Positions 1-10,858 of a DNA stretch of 64,000 bases are shown here, one piece after another. Origin of the DNA: a virus. A program made the translations under genes and the position numbers. Positions within the stretch are counted from its first letter, which is position 1, and the number at the start of each line of letters is the position of its first letter. The stretch lies in IMG/VR virus record IMGVR_UViG_3300021977_000001. One strand, given 5' to 3'. The notes beneath the pieces were generated by a model. The model searched no databases. It was not told the DNA's origin and saw only the letters and a list, made by a program, of their open reading frames with translations.

Positions 1-474
1 GAAAGGAGTAGTGACCGTACCTTTCTTATCCTTAACCTTTTCTTTAGCATACGCTTTAAGCTGATGGAAATACTGATTGCCACTCATGCCGTTGTTATCA
101 GTAACCATTACCGCACCTGAGTCATCAACATCCCACCCAGACAATCCTGGGAAAAACTCACCTAGGTGTTCGATACGAGCAGGGCTCAACGATGACTCAC
201 TATCATAAACCAGATACAGTGACTGTTGATTAGCTTTGTTGTGAACGTCACCATAGCGTGATAACGCGCTAAGGTTAAAATAGTTCATGACGGTAGTCTT
301 GTAGGTGTTAGCACGACCGCACACGCCTAAGAAATGCGGATAGCCACCATTAAGAATATGCTCGCCGTATTCCCCTACGTGGTAACTACCCGACTGGATA
401 TCAAACATACTGCCAACGTTCAACATTGGTCTTATTTTAGGTACTTTAACGAAAAAGTCATTAGGGTTTGCCAT
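1..474 (-). CDS. uvsX: UvsX/RecA-like recombinase, N-terminal part (runs off window start)
   Basis: Not in ORF track; hand translation from ATG 474: MANPNDFFVKVPKIRPMLNVGSMFDIQSG...HILNGGYPHFLGVCGRANTYKTTV...LVYDSESSL, open to base 1. Walker A variant GRANTYKT and YDSE motif; adjacent to RNase H as in phiKZ-like phages. Confidence 0.8.
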   Translation of the reverse strand, partial: MANPNDFFVKVPKIRPMLNVGSMFDIQSGSYHVGEYGEHILNGGYPHFLGVCGRANTYKTTVMNYFNLSALSRYGDVHNKANQQSLYLVYDSESSLSPARIEHLGEFFPGLSGWDVDDSGAVMVTDNNGMSGNQYFHQLKAYAKEKVKDKKGTVTTPF

Positions 475-538
475 AGTGGGGCCTTATTGTTAAATAATCA
501 TCTCAAACAATGTCTCATGTCTGTCGTTTTAAACACAC

Positions 539-569
539 ACGGCATAAAGCAGGGCATTAATGCCCTGCT
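539..569 (-). terminator. hairpin + TTATGCCG
   Basis: Palindrome agcagggcattaatgccctgct 548-569 followed on minus strand by TTATGCCGT. Confidence 0.7.
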
Positions 570-988
570 AAATAGCGTTGATATTCCGTATCAGATACCC
601 GTCTAACGGATGGGTCGTTAAGCTCCATTAACACAACGCGATAAACTAAAAGCGTATCTTCCTGCATGATGTCGCTGTTATGTCCGTAACGTAACCAGTC
701 TGGGGTAGAACGTTCTATATCATCCATCGATATTTTATTATGCGTTACTACCTCTTCTGATATCATTTCACCTAATGGCGTATTTCTCCATATGACTTCG
801 GTAAACAAACCAGGCAGGTTAAAGGTTTCATCGTTAGGGGTCCAATCTAAACAGACCCCGTAAAGACGACTATAGTTCACTTCTCTATGGCTACGACGTA
901 CGAGGAAGGTAAACAACGTGGTGATGTAGAATAGACGTTTCATCATATCCGGCATGAAGCGTTTGCATAATGCGGTGGATACTGACAT
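557..988 (-). CDS. hypothetical protein
   Basis: 143-aa ORF between RNase H and UvsX, co-oriented; stop codon lies in the loop of a hairpin. Confidence 0.6.
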   Translation of the reverse strand: MSVSTALCKRFMPDMMKRLFYITTLFTFLVRRSHREVNYSRLYGVCLDWTPNDETFNLPGLFTEVIWRNTPLGEMISEEVVTHNKISMDDIERSTPDWLRYGHNSDIMQEDTLLVYRVVLMELNDPSVRRVSDTEYQRYLAGH

Positions 989-1001
989 ACGTCACCTCCT
1001 A

Positions 1002-2360
1002 TTAGATAATCCGAGTATTAGCATAACCGCAGGCCCATATTCCGATGTCGTCCTCAGTTTCCAAGACAAACCCATAATTAAATGAGGTCTTAGACGATGG
1101 CCACGTTAATATACTAATGCGTTTGATGACTTTAGATAAAGCAGCTAAGGCGTTACGTGATGGAATATCTACACCAAAGGTAAGCGTGATCTCTGTAAAG
1201 CCTGTAGTTAACCCCACGCCGTGTTCAGCATCTAACTTAATAGATTTAATTCCAGTAGGAAGTTCTTTGCTAAACTCGTAAACTTCACGTTCGTTTTTAC
1301 CCTTGCCCTTTGTTACTTTATTATAGAATTTATCAGTAACGTCAGTTAAACGCCAGTTGTCAGGAAGATCGTTATTAATAACGTGTTTTAAACGTTCTTC
1401 TAGATTCCCTAAGACATCTAAAAGGTAGAAACTTCTACCGACGGGTCGCACTTCGCTAGTTAGCTGTTGTTTATCAAAGGTAAGAATATCTCGCGTTCTA
1501 GGTTTGCGAGAAGTGTGTATAGTGCCGTTGTTGTATAACTCAGGATAATTCCTTGATGAGAAGATATCGGTTAAATGACCAGTAAACATCATTTGCTCAC
1601 CTTCTTCAACGTAGCGGTTCTGGTGATCTCTTAACGACTCTAGTACTTTATCGGGTTCTTTCAAATATAAGATGCTATGTCCGGCATCTGATTCTGGTTT
1701 ACCTATGATATCGTGATTACCACAATAATAGATATGGTGGCCGGTCTCACTCTCGTTATTTACGTTGGTATTGAAATACCAATAGTTGTGACAGAATAGA
1801 CGGTTATAGGCGGGGGCTTTAACTTTACCGTATTTCTTAGCTTCAGTGGCTTCGTGAAATGAAACATGGTGTCCGTTAGTAGATAACATAACGCCCTTTG
1901 TTGCATTCTTATCAGCGGCCTCGTTGCCTTTGATATCAGCGTGTCCCTTTATCCACTTAAACGTTACCTGATTACCTTTACCAGTAAACTCAGCACGTGC
2001 ATTAGCTAAGGACTCCCAATAGCTTCTATTTTTAACAGGCTCACCATCATGCCTTAACCAGTTATTCGCTTCCCACTTCTCATAACGGTCATTGATACCG
2101 TCGATCACATAACGTGAATCTGACAAGATAAGTAAGTCTTCAACGTTATATTGATCAGCTACCTCAATCGCTTCTTTAACGGCTACCATTTCTGCTACGT
2201 TGTTAGTAGTAAGCTCTTCAATACTACCCCATCCATCGTATACGTAATCGCCAATCTGACCGTGGTAGCCCCATCCTGCGAATCCTTTACCACTGCTGTG
2301 ATTTCTGCAGCCACCGTCAGTATACAACGTGGCTTTTATGCTAGGTGTTTCATTACTCAT
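1002..2360 (-). CDS. rnhA: ribonuclease HI with C-terminal extension (phiKZ-type)
   Basis: LYTDGGC, TNNVAEMVAV, SDSRYVIDGI, WIKGHADIKGNEAADKNA = RNase HI D-E-D-D motifs. Confidence 0.92.
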   Translation of the reverse strand: MSNETPSIKATLYTDGGCRNHSSGKGFAGWGYHGQIGDYVYDGWGSIEELTTNNVAEMVAVKEAIEVADQYNVEDLLILSDSRYVIDGINDRYEKWEANNWLRHDGEPVKNRSYWESLANARAEFTGKGNQVTFKWIKGHADIKGNEAADKNATKGVMLSTNGHHVSFHEATEAKKYGKVKAPAYNRLFCHNYWYFNTNVNNESETGHHIYYCGNHDIIGKPESDAGHSILYLKEPDKVLESLRDHQNRYVEEGEQMMFTGHLTDIFSSRNYPELYNNGTIHTSRKPRTRDILTFDKQQLTSEVRPVGRSFYLLDVLGNLEERLKHVINNDLPDNWRLTDVTDKFYNKVTKGKGKNEREVYEFSKELPTGIKSIKLDAEHGVGLTTGFTEITLTFGVDIPSRNALAALSKVIKRISILTWPSSKTSFNYGFVLETEDDIGIWACGYANTRII

Positions 2361-2423
2361 TGGTCATGTTCCATAAATATTTTAATGCAGGTCTCTATAA
2401 TTATTATTATTACCTGTAAAGCC

Positions 2424-2888
2424 CTACTGTGTTTTACATTGTTGGTTAAAACGCTCTACATCTTCAAGGTAGATGCTTCTTAATTTAGACGCATAATCAT
2501 ACAGCGCAGCAGTATATTCACCAAATGCTTGAAAGGCTTCATCTTCATTTGCGTAGCTAGATAAATCGACCGAATCGGGTAACGGTTTTAAGTTAGGCGT
2601 GGGAAACGGTATAAACCGCCTACACGCATCCACAACGGGTTCTTCTATCCGGTCTTCCAGTTGGTTAATGTATAACGATAAACGTTCATGATAGCGCTTG
2701 AGGGCGTCTAAATAACGCTTAGCGGGATGATCTTGATCAATATCGTTATAATCCCAAATAAACATATCCATAGTTGGAGGTGGACCTATCTGGTCTACAG
2801 GTTTATTATCTTGAGGTTGTTCGTCAGGAACAACGCTTACACAACTTCCTAACAGTAATGTAGCGATAAGTAGCAGTGGACGTAACAT
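2424..2888 (-). CDS. lipoprotein, o-spanin-like
   Basis: Signal MLRPLLLIATLLLGS-C (lipobox), Pro-rich linker, two further Cys; TAATG overlap with upstream TM/coiled-coil gene. Confidence 0.6.
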   Translation of the reverse strand: MLRPLLLIATLLLGSCVSVVPDEQPQDNKPVDQIGPPPTMDMFIWDYNDIDQDHPAKRYLDALKRYHERLSLYINQLEDRIEEPVVDACRRFIPFPTPNLKPLPDSVDLSSYANEDEAFQAFGEYTAALYDYASKLRSIYLEDVERFNQQCKTQ

Positions 2889-3367
2889 TAGTTCTTCCCT
2901 ATTTTATTAAGCGCATCCAATATACTTCTACGATTAGTATCAGAAGGCGGGTTGTATTTTGGTGGTTCAGACGGTCGAGCTAAGCATTGATTTAACTCGC
3001 CTTGTAAATGCTTCAACTGAGCATTAAGTTGAATAACCTCACCTGCTTGGTCCTGCATGGTTTTTAACTGAGCAGGACTAGGTACACCGTCTCGCTTCAT
3101 TTGGTCGATTTCATCGTTTAATGCCGATACCTTTGCAGTAAGGGTTTTAATCTCTTTCTCTTTTGTTGCTAAATTGAGCTCTATACCCCTTGCATCGAAA
3201 TACAAAATACCTGTACCTATTAAGGAAGTTATAAGTAATAATAACAGTACCCTTCCTTTAGAGGGATCTTTATGTCCAGACATGTTAGCCTTCTCCCCCT
3301 TTAATAATGTGAGTAGAAACGGTAGAAATTGGGGCAGGGCTTTAAGAAAAGCAATGAATAGTGTCAA
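2888..3367 (-). CDS. membrane-anchored coiled-coil protein, i-spanin-like
   Basis: TM VLLLLLITSLIGTGILYF followed by two heptad-rich helices, one Cys and a Pro-rich hinge; TTG start with AGGGAG RBS. Confidence 0.55.
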   Translation of the reverse strand: MTLFIAFLKALPQFLPFLLTLLKGEKANMSGHKDPSKGRVLLLLLITSLIGTGILYFDARGIELNLATKEKEIKTLTAKVSALNDEIDQMKRDGVPSPAQLKTMQDQAGEVIQLNAQLKHLQGELNQCLARPSEPPKYNPPSDTNRRSILDALNKIGKN

Positions 3368-3422
3368 TGTATCGCTCCCTACCTGAGTTGAATATGATGA
3401 TTAATTTTGGAGTCAGTTTATA

Positions 3423-4739
3423 ATGAGTACAGTAAAAGGGTTTGTCATTATCAATGATTTGATAAACAATGATAAGAATACCCTCTCCCCGGTTGGTGAA
3501 ATGTCATCACACGCCCGTTCCTATTCACCTGACAATCGTGAATACAGTTCTAACACCTACCCTAATCTGCGTCTTGCGCTAATGTCTACATTAGACGACA
3601 ATGGAGAGCAGATTGCCATTGGAGCAGAGGTAGGTAACGTATTATTAAATTTAGTTGACTACATCGATACTAAAGCACGTAACGGTGAACTTACTTCTAA
3701 CAATGCAGTATTAAATGAATTCATCAGTAACGATTATCCATCTATTGCTGTTGGTTTGTTTGTATCAGGAGCCATGGTAGCCTCTGATGCAGGTTACTAC
3801 TATCCCAGTTATATTAACTGGACTGCTAATGGTACTACGTTTACGTTATGGTTTTCTAATAACACGTTTCTACGTCAGTACGATGAGTATACCTTAATAC
3901 CTATCGCGCCAGTAGAAGAGCTCAACGACCTACATCGTCCGTATACCGAGATATCGGAAATACTGGTTAACGACCCTACAAGAATGTTAACGTTGGCTAA
4001 TGACGTATCAGAAGATGCACCATACACCTCACTTACTCCGTTCCAAGTGACGTGGAATGACAAACATTCTGAAACGACCATGGTACTGACCTGGTACGTG
4101 GTTCAATATGGGATTGCTGGCGATAACCCAGATGCTATTGCAGATGCTATTGCTAAATCTATCTTAGAGAATAGCGATTACGACTCTGTTGAGTGGTACG
4201 ATGTATTCCCTACCCTCTTTAGACCTACGGAGTTTATTATTGTTCCTATGTGGCACCGTGTAGCCATTGAAGAGCAAACCGGTCTTGCAGGAACATACTC
4301 GCCAACGGTAAATTACCAAGAGGCCATGAGTCTATCGCTTCCAGCGCTAAAGAACTACCCGCTAGAGCATGTCGATGCTAATATTGTTGTTAGTCACGCC
4401 GCGTATAAAACGCTCGCTTTCACTGCTATAGGCGAGATAGGTAACAGTGATGGTATTTCATCATTTGATGAGAAATTCACAGACTATACGGCCGTGTCGG
4501 CACAAGAGACAGACTTCAATCGTCTATCGCCGGAAACGCAGGATTGGGTTATCCTCTTTCATAGAATGTTAAACGCTGCAGAGACAGTCAATGAGTTTAC
4601 ACAACTAGATAGCGATATTTCAAGAATCACACGAGACGGTGTTGATTTCCTTATCGCCACCTATAATGATGTAAATTATCTGATTGTTCAAAAGCAAAGT
4701 TTTGAGGAGTATTATAGTGACTACGTTAGTCAAGGTTAA
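3423..4739 (+). CDS. phiKZ-like virion structural protein
   Basis: 438 aa, GGAG RBS, TATGAT upstream; position next to RNase H/spike/SbcC matches recalled phiKZ synteny. Confidence 0.65.
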   Translation: MSTVKGFVIINDLINNDKNTLSPVGEMSSHARSYSPDNREYSSNTYPNLRLALMSTLDDNGEQIAIGAEVGNVLLNLVDYIDTKARNGELTSNNAVLNEFISNDYPSIAVGLFVSGAMVASDAGYYYPSYINWTANGTTFTLWFSNNTFLRQYDEYTLIPIAPVEELNDLHRPYTEISEILVNDPTRMLTLANDVSEDAPYTSLTPFQVTWNDKHSETTMVLTWYVVQYGIAGDNPDAIADAIAKSILENSDYDSVEWYDVFPTLFRPTEFIIVPMWHRVAIEEQTGLAGTYSPTVNYQEAMSLSLPALKNYPLEHVDANIVVSHAAYKTLAFTAIGEIGNSDGISSFDEKFTDYTAVSAQETDFNRLSPETQDWVILFHRMLNAAETVNEFTQLDSDISRITRDGVDFLIATYNDVNYLIVQKQSFEEYYSDYVSQG

Positions 4740-5343
4740 CGATAAAGGGATATTTACCTTAGCAAGTCCATTCCTTACGTTAACAGGGGTCGAGTATACG
4801 GTAACTAATATCTCGACCATTGATACAATGTTGGCACGTGGTGATGATGTTTTACAGGATGTATTTCTAGGCAATGGATTAACCGCCGATGATTACACTA
4901 GCGCCATTGCTAATAAAACACTTATTGTTACATTAACAAGTGCAGTCAATACAACCATCACCCTGCCTGCTAGCTACATTACAGGTACGCCTAATATCAA
5001 TACTGTACCATACGCCAGACGCATCTTGTCGGTAGATCTTGGAAGTCTACCTACTAACTATCCGTTAGACGGTCTTAAAGTAATATTAAAAGACACAGTA
5101 TTGGCAGCCGCAGGCGTTACAGCTACCCTTAATGAATACACCGCCTCTACTACTGGGGCAGTCAGTATGGATCAACATGTTGCTTTAGAAGATGAACGTA
5201 GTCGTTTGAAGACAACAGGGGAGACAGAAAGACAACGCCGTATAAAGGCGGAGCAAAACGCTGCAGCATATAAGGAAAGAATGCTGGCGTTAGAGAAGAT
5301 TGTTGTAGAACAGCAAAAACGCCTAGACGAGCAGGACGCATAA
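4717..5343 (+). CDS. putative virion protein
   Basis: Start reassigned to GTG 4717 (GAGGAG 7 nt upstream); C-terminal coiled coil. Confidence 0.55.
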   Translation: MTTLVKVNDKGIFTLASPFLTLTGVEYTVTNISTIDTMLARGDDVLQDVFLGNGLTADDYTSAIANKTLIVTLTSAVNTTITLPASYITGTPNINTVPYARRILSVDLGSLPTNYPLDGLKVILKDTVLAAAGVTATLNEYTASTTGAVSMDQHVALEDERSRLKTTGETERQRRIKAEQNAAAYKERMLALEKIVVEQQKRLDEQDA

Positions 5344-5385
5344 AGCCCTACCTCTACCCTTAACAGGTAGAGGTAGGTTATGCCG
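5338..5385. terminator. bidirectional hairpin, TTATGCCG (+) / TTATGCG (-)
   Basis: cctacctctacc/ggtagaggtagg stem between convergent genes. Confidence 0.75.
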
Positions 5386-6396
5386 TTAACCATCAGGTGC
5401 GTGTACGGTCTTACCATCGATTGGGCTAGATGCTTTAAGGTCTTTAAAGTCACCGCTCTTCCCTTTAATGGTACCTTCACCGGTTATTCCACCAGACACA
5501 TTCAATGCGCCACCTATCTTCACATTACCTGTAAATTCGGTATTAGGGGTAGTGAATTTAGTTGAAGGGTTATTAACGGTTAGGCTACCGCCCGACTTAA
5601 TAGAAATAGACCCTTTAACATCTACGGTTTCATTACCACCTACAGACGTAGAGTAGTTGCCACCGATGTCAAAAGCAACGTGGCGACCCACCGTCATCTT
5701 AACATCGCGATCTACAGTAAATGTCATGTCTTGTGGGGCATAGGCGTTGATGTCTTTCTGATTAAGCTCAAAGAACGTCGTCTCTTTGTTGTGAGCTTTG
5801 ATGTGCGTATTTTCACTATCTAGGAATATATAGTTATCCACATTATCAGTCAGTGTGAATTTACCTACCTTAGTATCTAATAAGAACTGGTAGGCAAAGG
5901 GTTCGCCATTATTCATATTAGTGACTAACTCGATCTTCTGATCATGGGTAGATATGGTTAAGCGATAACTGTTTTCATCAGTCATTGCTTCTACATCAGT
6001 TGTAGGGTCAGGGACATTTGACCAACGATATACCACCGTCTCTAAACGACGCAATACATCATCACGACCCATGCTAGTATAAAAGTATTTATCAGTATCC
6101 GCATATTGCCAAATAAGTACCTGTTCGCCTCTCATGAGGTCTGGAGGCGTTTCTCGGTTAGTTTCTAAACTTAACCACGTCGCTTTCAAGGTCTTATCAA
6201 TATCCACTTGAGCGGACCACTCACCCCCGAATCCATCTAGACCTTTACTATAAAAGGTTTTCTCATCCTGTTTAATTTCACCTAATTGAAAGGGAAGGAT
6301 CTCTATAGGCGTAATTAAGACTTCAGGATTATCGCGTTCTTTATTCTCGGCTACAATGCCGATCGATATAACGCGTAAACGTGTTTGTAATGTCAT
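5386..6396 (-). CDS. baseplate central spike / puncturing protein (T4 gp5 / phiKZ gp164-like)
   Basis: N-terminal OB-like region and C-terminal Val/Gly-rich beta-strand repeats (TVGRHVAFDIGGNYSTSVGGNETVDVKGSISIKSGG). Confidence 0.7.
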   Translation of the reverse strand: MTLQTRLRVISIGIVAENKERDNPEVLITPIEILPFQLGEIKQDEKTFYSKGLDGFGGEWSAQVDIDKTLKATWLSLETNRETPPDLMRGEQVLIWQYADTDKYFYTSMGRDDVLRRLETVVYRWSNVPDPTTDVEAMTDENSYRLTISTHDQKIELVTNMNNGEPFAYQFLLDTKVGKFTLTDNVDNYIFLDSENTHIKAHNKETTFFELNQKDINAYAPQDMTFTVDRDVKMTVGRHVAFDIGGNYSTSVGGNETVDVKGSISIKSGGSLTVNNPSTKFTTPNTEFTGNVKIGGALNVSGGITGEGTIKGKSGDFKDLKASSPIDGKTVHAPDG

Positions 6397-6508
6397 CGTT
6401 TATCCCGTATTAATGATTTCAATCACAACATTAAGCACAAGGCAGTAATTAGCAACTGTCGATTTAAACACAATAACACTATCTTTTGAAATAGGGAGAT
6501 AAATCAGC

Positions 6509-7051
6509 ATGGGTATAATCCATAAACGCTTTATAACAAAACGCAAACAAGCAGCCAAGCTTAAAAATAAGTCAGGTGCTTTAAAAACAGTAGCGAGATC
6601 AATGGATAACGATGTTATTATTTGTCGATGCGAAAAGACTATAGATGGGGAGACATACGGTCCCTTTACTGCATCGGTGTACGATAAAAGCCTAACGGAT
6701 GTGGTTAATTATTACAAAGATAATCTACCTATCATGCCTGAACCTAGCGATGAAGGATTACGTATCCATCATGGTCTACGTGTAGGATTAGAGATTAAAG
6801 ACTTTGTAACGTGGTTTCCTAACGTCTTTGCAGGACGTAGATTATCAAAAGCCGGGTTCCAGTTTAATATATATACACTTCATCCATCTAAAATACAATG
6901 TGGTAAGACCCAGGTCGTTTATCACCCCGATAACGCTATTAAACTTGCAAGTATGGATTATGGGTCCATGATGAGTTTTTATGAACGTTGGGTGATGAAG
7001 AAAGGACGTTTAAATGAAAATACAAAAACTAATATTGAGCCAATACAGTAG
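6509..7051 (+). CDS. hypothetical protein
   Basis: 180-aa ORF with GGGAG RBS, overlaps SbcC start. Confidence 0.6.
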   Translation: MGIIHKRFITKRKQAAKLKNKSGALKTVARSMDNDVIICRCEKTIDGETYGPFTASVYDKSLTDVVNYYKDNLPIMPEPSDEGLRIHHGLRVGLEIKDFVTWFPNVFAGRRLSKAGFQFNIYTLHPSKIQCGKTQVVYHPDNAIKLASMDYGSMMSFYERWVMKKGRLNENTKTNIEPIQ

Positions 7052-9485
7052 ATTTGCATTAAGCGAGATACCTTATATCTGTATCGATTTCTCAACACCC
7101 ATGCAGTTGATACTAGGGACTAATGGGTCAGGTAAATCTAGCCTGTTAAGTGAGCTGACACCATTACCTGCGAATCCTCAGGATTTTGAAAAGGGCGGCT
7201 TTAAAGAGCTACATGTTAACTTTAAAGGTGATGAGTTTATTATTCGCTCAGACATTAGCCGTGGTGCTAAACATTCATTTATTAAAAACGGTACTGAACT
7301 TAACCCAGGTGGAACGGCCTTAGTTCAAAAGGACATGGTAGAAAGAGAGCTAGGGTATACCACAGCGTTGCACACAGTGCTAACTGGCAAGATGCGATTT
7401 ACCCAAATGGCTCCTGCTAAGCGACGAGAGTGGATAGCTAAACTAAGTACCACTGACATGAGTTACGCCCATGCTATATTTGATGCCGTTAAAGTAGCAG
7501 CACGTGATAATCAAGGTGCGCTTAAACACGTTAAAGAGAAAGTCTCTCAACAACAAGCAAGATTAGTGTCGTTAGAAGCTGCTTCAAATTTACAAGACCG
7601 TGTCGATGAGTGCCATAAGGACATAGAGGCACTGTTAACAGACAGACAGTCTAATACCCCTACACCTCAGGATATTAAGCAGCAAATTCAATCTCGTCGA
7701 GATAACGTACTTAAACTATCTAAGCGGTTATTAACTACGGATTTAAGCCCATGGATAAAGACAGGCTTTACTACCGTCTTTGATTTTGAAGAAGCGATTG
7801 TTAAACTGCAGTTAAAAGAAGCAGAACTTAAAGCTAAGCGCGATAACTATACTGAGACACTTCACGATCTTCAGACTATGCTAACGCAGATGGATAGACT
7901 AGGTGCAGTAAGTTTAGATGATCTGTTAAAAAAGCGAGCAGAGTTAGAAGAACGTCAGACGCTTATCGCGTTTAGCGGTGAATGGGACATTCCCAAACAA
8001 GACGCTGAGGCGCTCTACAGGGACGTTACATCAGCATTTGTACCTTTGCGTGACTGGGCGGTAGAAATGCCGACACAGATGAAACCAGAGTACAATAAGG
8101 CGGCTTATCAAGAAGCAGTAGAGTATGTTAAGGGGTTAGAGCGAGAAACGTTAAGTTTAAAACGCAAGCTGGAAAGCCTTCAGCATCGCATTCAACACAT
8201 GAAGCAAGCCAGAGAATTAGAATGTCCTAAATGTAACTACATATGGCGTCCTGGTGTGTCTGAAAATGAACTTAAGGAATCCCTAGTACAGCAAGAAACA
8301 ATCTCTAATTTAATTGATAGTAAGGACAGAGAGTATAAAGGGTATGTTGAGAAACTAGAAGCCTATCAGCAGTACGTTAGAAATCTTAATCGCCTACAGG
8401 CTATCATGGAAAGCTATCCTAGATGCAGTGCGTTGTGGGAGCGTGTTAAACGCGATAAATACTACGACACATCACCTCTACAAATCATGCACACTTATGA
8501 TACGTTTAAAGACTACGTCATGATGTTAAAAGACCAGCAAGCGTTGGATGATGAAATAGCGCTTATTGATGCGTCTATTAAGAAATGTCATGAAAGTAAG
8601 GGGTTAGATGGCTTAGAGGTGGAAAAGCGCGTAGAGGAGCTTGAGCGACGTTTAGATGATGTTATTAAAGCAATATCTAAGACAAGCGATGAGATAGCTC
8701 GATTGCAGGCAGGTAAAGGTGAGTTTGATCGTTACTTTAAAGACACAGGTGTAGTAAGTGATGCTTTGGTAGATTTAGAATCTCTACGTGACCAGCTTAT
8801 TGAATCTCAACGACAATCAGTTATCGGTTCGGTATTGCAAGAAAGACAACAAACGTTATCGGTATTGTCATCTACGCTTAATCAGAAAGTTACATTAGAG
8901 CAGATGATTGCAGAACTTCGTGAATCTCAAGCTCAATTGGAAACAGAAACACAAGGATGGCAAGACCTACAGCACATGTTATCTCCGGCAACCGGTATCA
9001 TTGCAGATCAAATGACAGGGTTTATTAAATGTCTATTAGATCAGATGAATACTATCATTGCTAAAGTTTGGCATCATCGTCTAGTCGTACTACCTTGCGC
9101 TAACCAATCAGGCACATTAGACTATAAGTTTCCGTTTGTAGTAGGTGAAGATGATAAGCGTGTGGGTGATGTAGGACTAGGTAGCGAAGGTCAGATGGAG
9201 ATGATAGACTTTGCTTTTATGGTAACAGTAATGCACTTCATGGATCTACATGAATACCCAATGCTCTTAGATGAGACAGGTCGTACATTCGACGCTGTTC
9301 ACCGCAATCGTTTAATGGGGTATATTAAACTTCTGGTAGAGACTGGCCAAGCATCTCAACTATTCCTAGTTAACCACTTCGCTAGCTTTAGTGGTGGGTT
9401 TACTAATGCAGAGTTTTGCGTATTAGATGATCAAAACGTATCACTACCCTCAACCTATAACGAACACGTTAGCTTTACAGCATAA
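7014..9485 (+). CDS. sbcC: SbcC/Rad50-like SMC ATPase
   Basis: Walker A GTNGSGKS, long coiled coils, CPKC zinc hook, signature variant LGSEGQ, Walker B MLLDE, H-loop VNH. Confidence 0.92.
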   Translation: MKIQKLILSQYSRFALSEIPYICIDFSTPMQLILGTNGSGKSSLLSELTPLPANPQDFEKGGFKELHVNFKGDEFIIRSDISRGAKHSFIKNGTELNPGGTALVQKDMVERELGYTTALHTVLTGKMRFTQMAPAKRREWIAKLSTTDMSYAHAIFDAVKVAARDNQGALKHVKEKVSQQQARLVSLEAASNLQDRVDECHKDIEALLTDRQSNTPTPQDIKQQIQSRRDNVLKLSKRLLTTDLSPWIKTGFTTVFDFEEAIVKLQLKEAELKAKRDNYTETLHDLQTMLTQMDRLGAVSLDDLLKKRAELEERQTLIAFSGEWDIPKQDAEALYRDVTSAFVPLRDWAVEMPTQMKPEYNKAAYQEAVEYVKGLERETLSLKRKLESLQHRIQHMKQARELECPKCNYIWRPGVSENELKESLVQQETISNLIDSKDREYKGYVEKLEAYQQYVRNLNRLQAIMESYPRCSALWERVKRDKYYDTSPLQIMHTYDTFKDYVMMLKDQQALDDEIALIDASIKKCHESKGLDGLEVEKRVEELERRLDDVIKAISKTSDEIARLQAGKGEFDRYFKDTGVVSDALVDLESLRDQLIESQRQSVIGSVLQERQQTLSVLSSTLNQKVTLEQMIAELRESQAQLETETQGWQDLQHMLSPATGIIADQMTGFIKCLLDQMNTIIAKVWHHRLVVLPCANQSGTLDYKFPFVVGEDDKRVGDVGLGSEGQMEMIDFAFMVTVMHFMDLHEYPMLLDETGRTFDAVHRNRLMGYIKLLVETGQASQLFLVNHFASFSGGFTNAEFCVLDDQNVSLPSTYNEHVSFTA

Positions 9486-9530
9486 GAACCTAACCACCCG
9501 GCCTGATGGCTAGGTGGTTAGTTTATGCCG
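9479..9530. terminator. bidirectional hairpin, TTATGCCG (+) / TTATGCTG (-)
   Basis: ctaaccacc...ggtggttag stem between convergent genes. Confidence 0.75.
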
Positions 9531-10730
9531 TTATAACAGGCTATAGAACCGTTTAAGTGTTGGTGGTCTTCTGTTTCTACGGGAAGTAGGGAAACGAGTA
9601 GGCGCAACGGCGATAGGAAGATCCATCAAGGTATCAAGCATTAATGTTTTCTCTTCTTTGACGCGTGCAGAGACGAGATAATCATCCTTGCTTCCTATTA
9701 GCGTATATTCAGCAATCAAACCCTCGTTGTCAAATAAAATACCTTGAGGGATAGACGCGCTGCGATACTTTCCAGGTAATCCTGTTTCTTGTAGACGTTC
9801 TTCATCCGTGCAAACATTATCATGATCGATTGTAATAACAAAGCTAAACGGATGCGTCATGTAGCGTCTAATAAACGAATTAGAGTGAATGTCTTTAACC
9901 TGGATGTTGCCGATTGGGTTAATCAAATCATCTAACTGAATATCTTCACGCGATAATAATACACGACGGATAAGCGGGTAGGTCTTAAGGTTAACTTTAA
10001 TAGTGTTATCACCGATGACCTGGTAGGTGTCATCTAAGGCGATTAGATAACCACCGATACACAACATCACTGTTTTATTACTTAAATCTACGTCAGGTAG
10101 ATTGATAAGAAACTGCTCGTGAGCAGGGATGCGTATATCGGTAAGGATGTTTTCATCCTTTAGCCCGTAGGTGTTAATCTCACCTAGCTGAGAGAAGTTC
10201 AACAATCCGATATGGTTACCGTCAGTTCGCTCTAAGGTCTCTCCTGCACGCAACACATAAAGACGTTGGCTAGTGGCGCTAGTGCGGTGAAGGTAGCCGT
10301 TGACAGTAAACAGACTATGTTTAGCAAGCTGTACATAGTCCATATCGTCATGTTCCAATAACGCGTCAGGACCCTGCTTGCCTATAGTAGGGTTAGTGAC
10401 GTGCTTAGTATGGTCAGAGCGAGTTACGGTAAATTCATGATCAAACACATCCGCATAGAAGGCGTTGATAGGGTGGTCTATATCAGGTACGTCAGGTAAC
10501 CAAGGTAACGTAGAGGTGATGTTAGAGAAGTAATCAGCCACTAAGGTATTGGAGTAACGTAATGTCTTATCCATGTCGTTAAGCAACAGTGCCTTTTCTT
10601 CACCCGCAGCGACTATAATAAAAAGCACATGCTTATAGTCTTGGAACAATGTTTTAAATGAAAGTTGGGAAACATCTACCGTTTCCCATTGTCTATTTTG
10701 TTGTACAAAGGCACGTGATAAGGTATACAC
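9531..10730 (-). CDS. phiKZ-like virion structural protein
   Basis: 399-aa ORF divergent from the tail cluster; GGAG RBS and TATGAT upstream; call by context. Confidence 0.5.
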   Translation of the reverse strand: MYTLSRAFVQQNRQWETVDVSQLSFKTLFQDYKHVLFIIVAAGEEKALLLNDMDKTLRYSNTLVADYFSNITSTLPWLPDVPDIDHPINAFYADVFDHEFTVTRSDHTKHVTNPTIGKQGPDALLEHDDMDYVQLAKHSLFTVNGYLHRTSATSQRLYVLRAGETLERTDGNHIGLLNFSQLGEINTYGLKDENILTDIRIPAHEQFLINLPDVDLSNKTVMLCIGGYLIALDDTYQVIGDNTIKVNLKTYPLIRRVLLSREDIQLDDLINPIGNIQVKDIHSNSFIRRYMTHPFSFVITIDHDNVCTDEERLQETGLPGKYRSASIPQGILFDNEGLIAEYTLIGSKDDYLVSARVKEEKTLMLDTLMDLPIAVAPTRFPTSRRNRRPPTLKRFYSLL

Positions 10731-10858
10731 AACCTGTCTCCTTTATAGATATATTAATGGGCTAATCATAGTTTACCTACGTGGGGCTTAAATATTATGT
10801 GAACCCCATGTATTTTATTAATTATATTTACCTATGTTGACCAAAGGAGTCAGTCAGA

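Noticed and set aside
334-606. Plus-strand 90-aa ORF, and the many other short ORFs antisense to or nested in long genes (e.g. 2151, 3875, 5172, 26283, 26748, 45149, 49076, 58207)
   Set aside because: They lie opposite well-supported genes (here UvsX), lack RBS and recognisable motifs, and are expected shadows of codon bias
7014-9485. SbcC without adjacent SbcD as an orphan or defence SMC
   Set aside because: Unlinked sbcC and sbcD genes are usual in phiKZ-like phages; the partner is probably outside the window
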